A stretch of 64,000 nucleotides of DNA from Octopus sinensis (taxonomy: Eukaryota): positions 157,790,001 through 157,854,000 of the forward strand of contig NC_042997.1 in assembly GCF_006345805.1 (NCBI RefSeq), given 5' to 3'. Position numbers and translations under genes: made by a program. Below are positions 25,914 to 40,018 of this stretch, piece after piece (within the stretch, counting starts at the first letter, position 1; every line of letters begins with the position of its first letter). The notes beneath the pieces were generated by a model that was given only the letters and a program-made list of their open reading frames with translations, did no database searches and had not been told where the DNA came from.

Positions 25914-28582
25914 ATGAGTGACAATTAAATATAACAGAGAAATACACATAAATGACAAATAAATAAGCAAAATAATGAAGGCAGACCACTTAAGGGTGAA
26001 ATTTCATTAAGCTGAACCAGCACTTCAATGATTTGATTCGCCTAGAAGAATAAAAATCAAACTAGGGACTAAAAGGATTTGAACCCATAACATAAATAAA
26101 TGTGCCACAAGCTATTTTGTCTGGGCATTTGTCAAGTCTGTCATCCTCACAACAGATATTTCGATTATATATGATGATATTGTACTCACTGGAAACCTTC
26201 TGCCGTCTGATTGGTTACACTGCATGGATAGAGGCGAAATCTCGTAGAGTTTGTTAAGTAGGTGTGAGGTTAACGGCGTCCATCTGACGGAGTTGTAGCT
26301 ATTACGATAGCCCCTCGATAGATCTATTTTATCAACGTCCCATCTGCAACAGGAAGAATTTGAGATTTCGCTTGAAATGTGGCAGAAAATACGACGCGAA
26401 GAAAACGTTATGGAAAATAGAACAGAGAACAGAACATAAAAAATAGGACTTTGACGAAGGACATAGAAAGTAGGGCATCGACAAGATGACAGTAAGTAGG
26501 ACGTAGACAAAGTACATAGAAAATAGGACACAAAGATTAGCACATACACAATAGGACATAGAATTTGAAAAAGATGTGAATAATAAAAAAATCAGTGAAA
26601 TACAATTTTTGTTTCAACAAAAGGATCAATTGTTGCTTAACCTCAATTCAGAGCTGATCGACTAAACCTGTGGTCATAATAAATTAAACAGTGACTATAT
26701 CGATCCTCTTGTCAGTCGTAGACTTTACGAGACTATATAATCCATAGTTCCCTTCCATGGAGGACGGTAGATTGATCACCTACGTGGAAGCTCTCACGAT
26801 GGATTGATCTCTCCGCAAGTTGAATAAAAATATTATCTCTATAAGTTTTACAACTTTTATGAGGGCCATTAGCACATTAGCAATGTGTGTTGAAATAGAT
26901 TATTCCTAATATTTTCGTATGTGTATATACACTATGTATATTTATACATACAAATATGTATATATGTATGTAGGTCATTATTCAGTTTATTTCAAGATTT
27001 CTTGGCAATAGAGAAAGAACCGTTTTCTAACCAAGATCCGGGGTTCATTTCATTGGAACTTCAATATCAACAACAGGGTATGTACGTATGTACGTATGTA
27101 TGTATGTATGTATGTATGTATGTATGTATGTATGTATGTATGTATGTATGTATGTATGCATGTATGCATGTATGTATGTATGTATGTATGTATGTATGTA
27201 TGTATGTATGTTTTATGGATGAATTCTCATGCATATAGTTACATACCTAGACATGCTCGTATATAATTAAATGGTAAAACTTCTAGAAATTTTTAGATTT
27301 CTACAGTTCCAGTGATGGATTGGATCTGTAGTCTTCGAATTAGCTTTCTTCGTTCTTGCTTTGAGAGGCTTAATTTCTCAAGATTTGTATTTAGGCACTG
27401 TGTTACATATCCCAGGGCTCCAATAATTACAGGTATAAACCTGAACTTGTAATCTGGATATGGTAGCCGCAGATTTCTCAATAGTTTAGCATAAGTGTTC
27501 TCTTTTTCACTGATCTTCAGCTTTATGTTAACATCTGCTGGGCAGTTAATTTCCGCAACTGTGCACAGTTTCACTTCTCTATCCCAAATCATTATATCAG
27601 ATCTATTTTGCTTACATTTTATTGAGGTCCTCACTAGTACATTCCTCCAGTATTCCTTTTTATTATGAGTGGATATGGCTTCTATTACATGTATGTATGT
27701 ATGAATGTATGTATGTATGTATGTATGTATGTATGTATGTATGTATGTATGTATGTATGTATGTATGTATGTATGCATGCATGCATGCATGCATGTATGT
27801 ATGTATGTATGTATGTATGTATGTATGTATGTATGTACGTACGTATGTATGTATGTAAGTATGTATGTATGTATGTATTTATGTATGTATGTATGCGTGC
27901 ATGCATGTATGTATATTCAAGTGAATGGTTGCGAGCGCAAATCAGTCACTAGTACTGACTTTTCAGTTGTAAAATACTGCCTTCTAAACAGTTCAGGGTA
28001 ATTTCTTTTCGGTATCACTTGTTGAGGGAGGCAAAGGAGGTAGAAACGCGTCTAGGCGTCAGACAGAGTGTGTGTGATAAATGTGTTTTAACATCTTTTT
28101 ACCATTAGCGACAACTTTTTTTCACGGTAAACTGCACTGAAATTGTCTTTATAAATAAAAATAGTGCACAAAACGTATTTCAAATAGCCTAAAAGATTAA
28201 TGTAAAAAATAAATAACACTGAAGCAAAGTAACACCAAATATATAGTGCGTGTGTTTTTATTGGCTAAACTGGCAAAATGACCATTCCTAAATACAACAA
28301 TATATATATATATATATTTGTGTGTATGTGTGTGTGTGTGTATGTATGTACGTATGTATGTATACATATTTATGTACACACACACACACACATACATATA
28401 CATGCCTGTATGTATATATGTATGGCGAGCTCCCGTATTTTCTGTTCGTCTGTGTATTTAGTATATGTTCGTTTGTTTGCTCACAATATGTATTGGTATG
28501 TCATATTTTCCGTTTGTTGTCTTTTGATTTAATCCTGAAAATATTATTTATGTTACGCACGCACTCATTAAATATATTTATA

Positions 28583-28668
<86 letters not shown>

Positions 28669-31285
28669 TAATATAGATATATATATACATATATATATAT
28701 ATATAATACATACACACACCCATTATATACATATATCCTGAAAATATTATTTATGTTACGCACACACTCATTAAATATATTTATACCATATATATATACA
28801 TACATATATAATATACATGCATATATATATATACATATATATATAATACATACACACACACATTATATACATATATCCTGAAAATATTATTTATGTTACG
28901 CACGCACTCATTAATTATATTTATACCATATATATACATACATGTGTGAATATATATTGTATTATAAAATAATATCGTGTTAGTTTTAAAAAATAGAATA
29001 AAAGAATAATGGGACTTAAATAAGGTTTTATCATATCAAAGTTATGTCCCTTGTTTTAGTAGTTTTTGTTTCTTCTTTTTCTTCATTCAGAAAAATAAAG
29101 AATTAGGTTGAAAGGGGTGTAGCAGCACATTATCGTTGGGAGGTCTTATCTAGCTGTCTTCCATCGAGGTAAATTAATCAGAAAGGCAGAAGTCGAGGTT
29201 TTAATCACAGAAATGCATATAATTACACTCGACCACAATCACCTGATTCTGCTTGTCAACGAAACCATTTGAGAGAAACTGCCATAATGATGGCAGTACG
29301 GGGAGATTTTATTTGTTCTTGAATACTAGGCCCTCTTAGATCAACAATATCTGCAGGGAGGAGTTATTTTAGAAAATATTACAATGAAACAATGTTTTGT
29401 GAAGGAAGAGCTGGACATAGTAATCAATGCAGGACTAGGGACGATGTTGGTAGTAACAGAGGTTACTACCTCTGGCGGCGAGCTGGCAGGAACGATAGCA
29501 CGCCGGGCGAAATGCGTAGCCGTATTTCGTCTGCCGTTACGTTCTGAGTTCAAATTCCGCCGAGGTCGACTTTGCCTTTCATCCTTTCGGGGTCGATTAA
29601 ATAAGTACCAGTTACGCACTGGGGTCGATGTAATCGACTTAATCCGTTTGTCTGTCCTTGTTTGTCCCCTCTGTGTTTAGCCCCTTGTGGGTAGTAAAGA
29701 AATAGGTAGTAACAGAGGTAACGAAAATGCAGTGGCGTAGCTTGAGTGTGTACCACTGGGCTCAGCCCTTGACTTTGCCTCTCTTTCTCTCTCCCGAGCC
29801 CACAAGCATATACAAGACTTACAGAGAAGATTTAAAAATGCTGCCCCACAAAAGGTCGCCTGGGGTGGATCTCACCACACGCAACCTTCTAGTGACGGGA
29901 AGGATGAGAGGTGAGTAAGACAGATAAGCCTAGCGGGAGATGGTATTGGTCCAGTTAGTTACGAGGAGCTGAGGTCGTTACGGTGGCGGTAGAAGTTGCA
30001 GAGAGATGAGAGAAGGCAACTGTAGCGTGTTTGTGAGTGAGTGTGTAAGAATCAACAGTGTTACCTGTAATACATAAAAAATAGCAATACGTTATACAAA
30101 ACGAGTTTAATGTAATATGCATTTGGCTACCTTCTGATGAATTCGAACCATTTATTTAGCGTTTTCGTTTCAATGGAGCTTTTGCAAACTTCTAAATTCG
30201 TATTCGGGTAATAATGTAAATAGCTAACACACATCTCATCAGTTATAGCAAATCCACCCTGAAAATAGAAAAATTAGTAATTTATTTAGCATTCAGTTTG
30301 AATATTGATTTCATTTGTTAATGTTAGAAACATTCGTAGTCACATTCCGCCCCCCTCTTGGAGTATCACAGCTGACTAGAATATAACTTATTTCTCGTTT
30401 TCTAATGATCGAATGATTATTATTTCGTATGTCGTTACCAGAACTGCGTTGCTTAATTTTCATTAGTCCCATTCACCTCGACAAAAATTGCCACCCCGTT
30501 GACTTACTTCTCTATCAGAGCAATGGACTTACGGGGTTATTGCCATAGTCTTTATAAATTATACAAGCTTGCAGAAGAACGCAGTTCAAATATTGTTATG
30601 ACTAGAACTAACTATTATATGGACGCCATGTGCAGTGTGAAAATAAAATTTAACAGCTTAACACAAGGAAAACTGAGCTCAGACGCAATTCATTCACGTT
30701 TTGGTATTGAACGTGTGTAAACAATACATAATTACTAACAAACATGTTCGCTCGTAAATAGAGAATTCATATAAAAAAAGCAAAAAAAAACACGCACACA
30801 AAAACAAAGCAGTTCTTTCTTTCATTTCTAAGAGCAGAATAACAAGAAAAGGGGGTATACATTTTCACTGATAGCAGTCTGGTCAGGTGTTATCAAGGTA
30901 TGTCTTTGCAACCACGCAGTTTCCAGTTCAGTCCTAATATGAGATACTTTAAGCTGCTAGAGTCTTGGATCCATCAATTTGCTTACTGCAGGGCCATAGC
31001 AGTCTAAAGTAAGTGTATATGCTAGACAGAGACTGCATAAAAACCCTTCGTATACATACACACATCCATATATACATGTGTACACACACACGTACATACA
31101 CACATACATACACACATGCATACACACATATACATAATGATTCCCCTTAGTCATGATGGTACAAATAACCCGTTATTGGAATTTCAATTATACTTAAAGC
31201 ACAGTAAATTAATGAAACTGATCACATAACTCCGCTTATCATTTATTTTTATGTATGTATGTATGTATGTATGTATGTATGTATG

Positions 31286-31347
<62 letters not shown>

Positions 31348-31541
31348 CCTATATATATTCTCTTTATGTTTATTTCACCGTGTTCCTTTCTGTTGAAAAG
31401 CGTAGGCCCGAAACGTAAAATACTTTCTCACCTCCCCGAGCGTCAAGTCAAACTAATTAATACATCTGCCTGTTGTTTATACACCTGTCTTCATCTTTTG
31501 TTTTTCTGTAAATTTCAACTATATATATATAGATAGATAGG

Positions 31542-31609
<68 letters not shown>

Positions 31610-31610
31610 C

Positions 31611-31657
<47 letters not shown>

Positions 31658-32611
31658 ATCAGAAATATGTTGTGGGTGTTTTAGCTAATAGGTTGTATAC
31701 ATATAATACACTCAATTATGTTTTAGCTATTCGTTTTATCTTTGTGGAAAAGTTGAACTCCAGCAACGTCTATACACATATAGCTAGTAAACCTAAGTAA
31801 AGAACGTGAGAAATTTTTCACGGTGCCCTAAGGATTCTACAAACGTATCGCCCGACTTAATACAAAAACTAATTTCAGAGTATTAGATACTAATATTGTT
31901 TGTAGTTTATTTTGTATGTGTTTCGGTACATACAATGACATATTAAACAAACAGCAATTATAGAATAAACGTTCTGTTGTCCATTTTGATGTTTACCTCC
32001 CGAAGTCGACAAAATAAAACCCGGTTAATCATTGATATACATTCTTCTACTTCACTTCCCATCCTCCTATCTCGACCTCCATTCTTTTCTCTTTCTGGAT
32101 CAGCTACGTTCCGACAGGACGCTCACTAAATCCCTTTCTGGAAAGGGTTGTGTGAGCAGATGGCAAAGTTTTCTTCCTTGCACACAATTATGCAATATAT
32201 CAAAAAACAAAAATGAAGAATATAAAACAATAATAGGATAAATGTATTGTACTTACAATCGTGGCGTTTGGTCTCTTCTCCGTGTTATATTCACATTCAA
32301 TGACCATCGAATCTCCCTACAAGATGAAAGACCGATATACAAATATCTCAGCTTTGCAAATTGTAATATTTACGTACATGAAATTTTAAGCTCGTTTTGA
32401 CAATAATTTTTAAAATTTTCAAACATGAATTTATTCCTTGACATGGTTTCTTATGATGGTCATTATTTTCCCTTTGGAAGCACTTGGTAGCAGGTTCAAT
32501 CCCGTAACCTGGTACTTTGAATACGCTTCATTAACCAAAGTATTGAGTTGACTAATTCCGTATGACAGAAATTTAGTTGTTAGTATATCGAAGGTATGTA
32601 GAAATCTGTTG

Positions 32612-32673
<62 letters not shown>

Positions 32674-35600
32674 CACAATTTAGTTATAAGGATTCCGTAG
32701 AACCAAGGCATATTAACATCTAGGACGCCAGAAATGGCTAGGTACGATAACAAAGAGCTCACAGTTAGGTAAATAACATTGAAGACATCAAAGTATTTGT
32801 AGGATACTGTAAGTATGTAAGTACAAAATCCAACTTAAATTTTAGACCTAACTTTTGCCTTGGTCTGTGTTGTTTATTAGGTATATAAAACGTAAAGAAA
32901 ATGGCGTTAAAATTTACGACAGATACCTCGGTAGAATTCAGTTTATGCATTCACAGAAAATTACATCATAGCATAAAATTAACCAGCATCGGGTAAAATT
33001 TTAAATAAACAAGATATCAAACAAGTGATTTATTCACATTGGTTTTGTCCAGATTGGTCATCTCGCCTGATCGAAAACTTAGTTGTTTAAAATTTTACCT
33101 GATGATGGGGGATTATATGATATGATGTAATCTATGAATGCATTAAGGAACTTCTACTGAGACAAGTGTCGTAAATTCTAAACGCTACTTGTGATATATA
33201 GTGTCTACTAACCGGAAGGATGTGAACAGGACGTGGAAGAAGCTTGATGATCTGGAAATGGGGGCTATAATGGTCGTCATAGTTAACAGGAGGTAATTCT
33301 GTTCCATTTCGTATATGTCTAATTGTCACCTTCTTCCCAGTTAAATGGGTATGGAGCTGTGAGGCGAAGATGTAAATTCCACCGTCAGGTAACGCCTATA
33401 AAGATAATTGATGAAATGACGAAATGACAATAGGGATAGAACACACCCACCCACTCACACACACTCGCTCCATCCCTCTGTTTCTCTGTCTCTCTCTGTC
33501 TCTGTCTCTCTCTCACTCACTCTCTCTCTCTCTCTATCTATCTTTGTCTTTCTCTCTCTCTCTCACACACACATGTACATTCATGCAGTACATATCCCTT
33601 TTTAAGGCTATCTCTACTGATTTTTCTATAGAAATTATACCCACCACTGATTTGTTACGAGGGTTTATATCAGAATACATCTAATGTAGAGATTTTCTGT
33701 AGAGACTTTCTATAGAAAATCTGTAGAGATAGCTTTAAAAAGTGATTTAATTGCACTGCTAACGCAGTAGGACACAGTGTTGACTTATAAAACACTTTAA
33801 TATACTTGGCTGTATCTTATGGTTGCATAACGAAATACGGTATCCCAACAATGATTAGGAAACTCAGAAGGATGGAATTAAGTGGGCTGAAACTAAGTGG
33901 AGTTTCAAATAAGCTAGTAAAAGGACGTAACCAAATACATGAGTGAGGTATTTGACTGGCCACTCTATTGATTCTGATATTAACAGACTTAATCCGAGAA
34001 GATCCCAAAATATATCATACTAGCAGTATAACCCGCTTTTGCCCGGGATTAAGTTAGGATTATTGAGTTAATCAAGTTCTTTATTTCAAACCAAACTAAG
34101 TAACATCGACGTCAAATTTTGGCGAAATCCGTTGAAATTGGTATATATATATATAAGCCAGTCATTATTTCAGTAATGCTGTTTTCAAAGTTGTCATTAT
34201 TATCTTTCATACGAACCGGTGAAGACCACATCCGTTAGAAATTGAATGCCTTATTTTTCTTTGAGAGCTCTATTTCACTACAAAGTTGAAATAATAGAGT
34301 AGATCTAAAAACAAATCAGTTAGGTAGAAAATTAATCAGGCATTGTATACTTACAAGTTCCGTGCACTCTGAAATACAGTCTCCCGCTAGAATGAAGCTC
34401 TTTTGATGTGGAGGGATCGCCATCTTGTTTGTATATTCCAATCCAATTTCCATGACTCCAGAATCGTACTTCCTTCGTGTTGGAGTAACATAGAACCTTA
34501 TTCCTGAAGTGTCTTTAACTCCTGTAATTAACGACATTAATATAATGAGAATTACATAATGAGAATTACAATTTCCATGGCTCCTAAATCATACTTTGAT
34601 AGTGTTGGGGTTACACAGAACCATATTCCTTAGCTGTCTTTAGTACCTTTGAATAGCAACAATAATTTAATCCAGTGTGTATTACGTAATAACACATAGG
34701 AAAAAGGAGATGTAGTAAAGGAAATATCTTAGTTGCTAGTACTCCTCTATTGTGGAGGCACATGGCCTTGTGGTTAGAGTAGCGGACTCGCGGTCGAGGG
34801 ATCGCGGGTTCTCAGACCAGGGGAAGTGTGTGTTTATAAGCGAAACACCTAAGCTCCCAGCGGCTCCGGCAGAAGGTAATGGCGAACTTCTGCTGACTCT
34901 TTCACCACAACTTTCTATCATTCTTTCCTCCTGCATTTTGCAGCTCACCTGCGCCTGACCGGCATCCCGTCCAGGTGGGGAATCTATACGTCAAGGAAAC
35001 CGGAAAACCGGCCTTTATGAGCCAGACATGGCTCGAGAAGGAACAAAGTACTCCTCTATTAGGGTAGTAAACGCTGCAGAAAAGCTGAAATTCCAGACCC
35101 CTATTGCCGAGAATCAATCCACAAAGCTCATATTTTGGACACACAATGCGCAATGAGTCATTGCCCAAGACCATCCTGACACAAAGTTTGATGAAGAGAG
35201 CAAGAGGCCATCAAAGACATTTGTAGACTGACGACATTAAAGAATAGACTGGAATCAAGAGCCTGGCTGATTTAATGCATACTGCACATCACAAAGGGAG
35301 CGGGAGAGTCTTGGCAAACCGACTCCCGGAAACTGGCAGGACACTTAGCTGATGATGGCTGATGATTTATTGAGAAAATGAAATGATTACCAAGCCTGGT
35401 AGACTTGAAAATAAAAACAACACAATGACAAATCTGTGTTGTCAATACGCTTGTCTTACAATAATATCTAGAAAGCAGGCACAAACCAAGAAAGATTTCA
35501 TGGAAATAGATTTGTGATGGTTCATTCATTTTACGATGACTTTCATACTTATTCTTATTTCGTGCCACCAGATTCGAAAGAGAATATGTTAATCGTTGTT

Positions 35601-38600
35601 GTGTTTGTCACAGGTGAAAAGCTTATTTACGACGTACGTTTTCATAAGAGACTCGAACACTAGTACAAGGTGTTCTGGAACAACATGACGAAATACCGGA
35701 GCTCTAGAATCCCTTATGCTGAAGAATCGAGTATGTTATGAATATATGTTCATCATAGAGGAAATGATGTCCTGCCCTATGACGAAAACCTATCAGCATA
35801 TACACGTTCGAATCTGCTGTGAAACAGCTATTAGGATATACACGTTTGAATCTGTTAGAACATATTAAGATTGAATATTCAGGTCATCGATCGTTTTGAA
35901 TTTTATAGTTCAATTTGCATATGACGATTTATCAATTATTTTACGCCTTCCAGTACACACACATACACAAACACACTCTGCATAAACTTTGTTCACACTC
36001 AAAAAGAGTTAATGGGAATGCTCTTATTTTTTGGTTGGGAAAAAGGTAAATTTTTGTTGGTAAAATAGATACAGCTGGAGCACCCCGGCATATTAGTAGC
36101 ATTACACACACTGTATTTATCAACCCTGAAGAAGAGAATGAAAGTTCCTCCAAGAAGTGTTCAGTTCCAACACAAAAGGACATTACAGAGATGAAAGGTT
36201 GGAATTATGCGAGACATAATTTAAACACAAATAAAAACCTACTTGCGAGAATGTATTCACCGCTGCTATATTGTTATTGACGCATATACATGATTACATA
36301 TAACCATACATACATACATACATACATACATACATACATACGTAGTACATACATGCGTACATACATACATACGTAGTACATACATGTGTACATACATACA
36401 TGCATGCATGCATACATAATACATACATACATATATGATGGCTGCAAACTTGTGTTCGAGTATTGCCACCACCTGATCGAAAGTTCCACACATGCGGAAG
36501 CTACGACCAGCCATTTTTGTGATAGGCCTTACTTTTTTTTCAAGTGATGCCTGTGCATGATGACTTTTATTATAGCGGGGAAGAGATTTGCACAAATCCC
36601 GTCCAACTCTCTGAGCATGGACAACATAAACTCGAAAAGAAGAACAAGTCTGCATCATCGAATATTGTCAGTGTTGCACGTTTTCTCTTAGAGTTTCCCT
36701 CTCTTAAGGAGTTGCTGTGATAACAGAAGAGCCTCCTACTTCCAGTGGGCCAGCCGTGCGCCTGGACACCAGCCCAGGTATTTCCACATTGCCACGCATA
36801 CATACATGCATACACATGTACACATATGTGGCCGTTGACTGCTCATGAGCTCTTCAGCCCTACATGCATGCATGCATGCATCCATGCATGCATGCATGCA
36901 TCCATCCATACATACATATTCTTTTTATTCTTGCACATATTCTTGCACATACTCATCTATGGTGGCTATAAAGTCGCAGGCGTGTATGACTATCACTAAC
37001 TAATCGTCTTATCCAAGATGTGAAAGTCAATGGGAGTCAGTAAAGCCCGTGCTGAAATTTAAAGTCAATAACAGCTTGCACAACACTGTTAAGACTTCCT
37101 CCTAAAAAGCCAAGTGGTCTAAAAATTAGCAAAAGTAACACAGTAATATCAACATTTAGCGCAGCCTCTCTTGGACTTGAAAGCTGTGCCTTTGCAATCT
37201 ATGAGAGGAGATTGCTACAAAATACCTCATAAACAAAAGAGACGATGAAGTCCTAGGAACTTCAAGATGCAAGTGAAAATGTAGATTATCTCATATTTCT
37301 GTGCAAGACATCATGATTGTGATTAGCAGGTGCCCAAAAATGTCATCCATGTATTACCTCACTATGCGATACAATGTTTTCGCTAAAACAATATAGAATG
37401 AACAAACTAGCACGTTAAGAAAATCTTTGTTAAAGACGAAAGCAGCATTTATACTGAGAAGTAATGTTTATCGCCACCTAAACGTGGGCGTTCTATAAAA
37501 TCAGACGATACTGTTATTCTAACCCCAGGAGAACGCCTCCTTCAGCTGGTTATTCAGCGCACTTCGCACTCGATATATATGTTGCAAACAGGAAGAGAAC
37601 TCCTTACTATTCTAGCTCGAAGACCACCAGATCATGTGATTTCGACGTCATTTTGGTCATCGTCAGTGATGGATACTCGTCAGCTAGACATAGCGGTAGT
37701 TCACCCCAGCTTGCAATATATAGAAAAACATAACACACACATTTGAAAAAGTTTGTAGTGGGAGATGCTTATAAAAAAACGACCAGACTTGGAAATCGGT
37801 AGAATTTAGAGACGTTACCGAAACAAACAACAAAAAGGTCACCTTGAGGAACCAAGTAAATGTGTCTGTGTGTATTCGTGTGTGCACTGATTTGTAGAAA
37901 CGTACCGTGTTTCATTTCTGGATTATTATAATGGACTTCAAGTAATATATTGCGGGAGATGTTGCCTCCAATTGCACAACCTGCCTCTGCTGGTAAATGT
38001 AAGGCCTGCAATTTTAAATGAAAATGGTTTATATGAAAATTATAGAGGTAATAGTAGTATTTCAGAGCAAAAGGTGTGTAAGAAACACACGAAGACATAC
38101 ATATACATCTACACATTGTTGTATTTTAGAGAATTTGTATAGATTCACAAAATATGCTATATATATATTCAAAAGAACACATATGCTTGGATATTTGTAC
38201 AGAAGTTATGCACATACAACCAAACAGTATACTCATGCTAATATTATCAAGTGAAGTAAGGCGGCGTGTTAGCAGAATCGTTAACACGCCGGGAGAAATG
38301 CGTAACTGTATTTCGTCGTTACGTTCAGAGCTCAAATTCCGCCGAGGTCGACATTGCCTTTCAACCTTTCGGGATCGATTAAATTAAGTACCAGTTACGC
38401 ACTGGGGTCGATATAATCGACTTAATCCGATTGTCTGTCCTTGTTTGTCCTCTCTGTGTTTAGCTCCTTGTGGGTAGTAAAGAAATAGGTATTTCGTCTG
38501 CCGCTACGTTCTGAGTTCAAATTCCGCCAAGGTCGACTTTGCCGTTCATCCTTTCGGGGTCGATTAAATAAGTACCAGTTACGCACTGATGTCGATATAA

Positions 38601-39972
38601 TCGAATTAATCGCTTTGTCTGTCCTTGTTTCTCCCCTCTATGTTTAGCCCCTTGTAGGCAATAAAGAAATAAATATTATCAGGCTAAGTAGGCGGCGAGC
38701 TGGCAGGATCGTTAGCACATCGGACAAAATGCTTAGCGGTATTTCGTTCGTCGTTACGTTCTGAGTTCAAATTCCGCCGAGGTCGACTTGGCCTTTCATC
38801 CGTTCGGTGTCGATAAATTAAGTAGCAGTTGAGTACTGGGATCGATGTAATTGACTATCCCCCTCCCTCAAATTTCAGGCCTTGTGCTTATAATAGAAGG
38901 GAATATTATCAGGCGAAGTAAGGCTACGAGCTGGTAGAATCATTAGCACAGCGGATTAAATGCTTTGTGTTCAAATTCCGCCGAGGTCGACTTTGCTTTT
39001 CATCCTTTCAGCGTCGATACTATAAGTACTAGTTGAACACTGGGGTTGATGTAAACGCCTTACCCACTCCCCGAAATTGCTGGCCTCGTGCCAAAATTTG
39101 AAACCAATATTATAACGTGAAGGTACATGACTAGTAGCTAGGGTGAGACATTTATTATCGTATGATCGTGGTTTTGATTCACGAACCAGGTGGCACAGTG
39201 TGTTCATTTCACGTTACTTCAGGCCATTCAGCTGTTAATGAGTAACCCCGAAACTGACCGTAATCCTGTCCTAGGTGAGTGTTCTGATCTTGGTCATATA
39301 CACCATGAAAACCGAGTAAGTGATCTGATTAGTCTCAGGGCTCAAAACAGAACATAACAAATATTATTAGAGTTTTATTGCTATTTATTAATTTCTCAGG
39401 TCTGCTTGTGCTTGTAAATGAAAGGAAACTGTGCTGTAAATAGATATGAAAAGCTACTTACAGAGGCACCCATAGCCCATGCTCCTATGACATGTCGACA
39501 AACACTAAGTTCCTTAGGTTTCTCCCCTACCAAACTTGGTCCGTTAAAGTAGGGTATTTTCATTCCGTGTTTCCACTCACAAAGGAACACTTCGATGTGA
39601 TGCACTAAATTCTCATTACCTTTTGTTATGGCGCTTTCAAACTGAAAATATATAAAAGAGTTGCATCTATAGGTTTGAATACTCATATATTTGTTGTATA
39701 TATGTAAAATACATAATATAATATTTATAATATGATAATATATGATATAACATAATATAATGTGTATATGCATACATATATTATTTATAATGTAATATAA
39801 TATAATATAATATAATATAATATAATATTAAAAAAATATAATGTAATATAATATAATACAATACAATATATATATATGCGTACACATTCACATAGCTACG
39901 TAGAAATATATGCTTGGTTACTTACGCGCGTATGTATTTATGTGTGCATGTGTGTGTGTGTATTTATGCGTG

Positions 39973-40018
<46 letters not shown>

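Noticed and set aside
33090-33150. CTGATGA followed by a hairpin and GAATGCAT
   Set aside because: GAAA is incomplete and no stem I pairing is found; at most a decayed remnant
33817-34008. ORF containing ASQIPHSC, superficially like the ASQLHTH copper motif
   Set aside because: The real motif is in exon 8 (33395-33213); this match lacks HxH and flanking similarity
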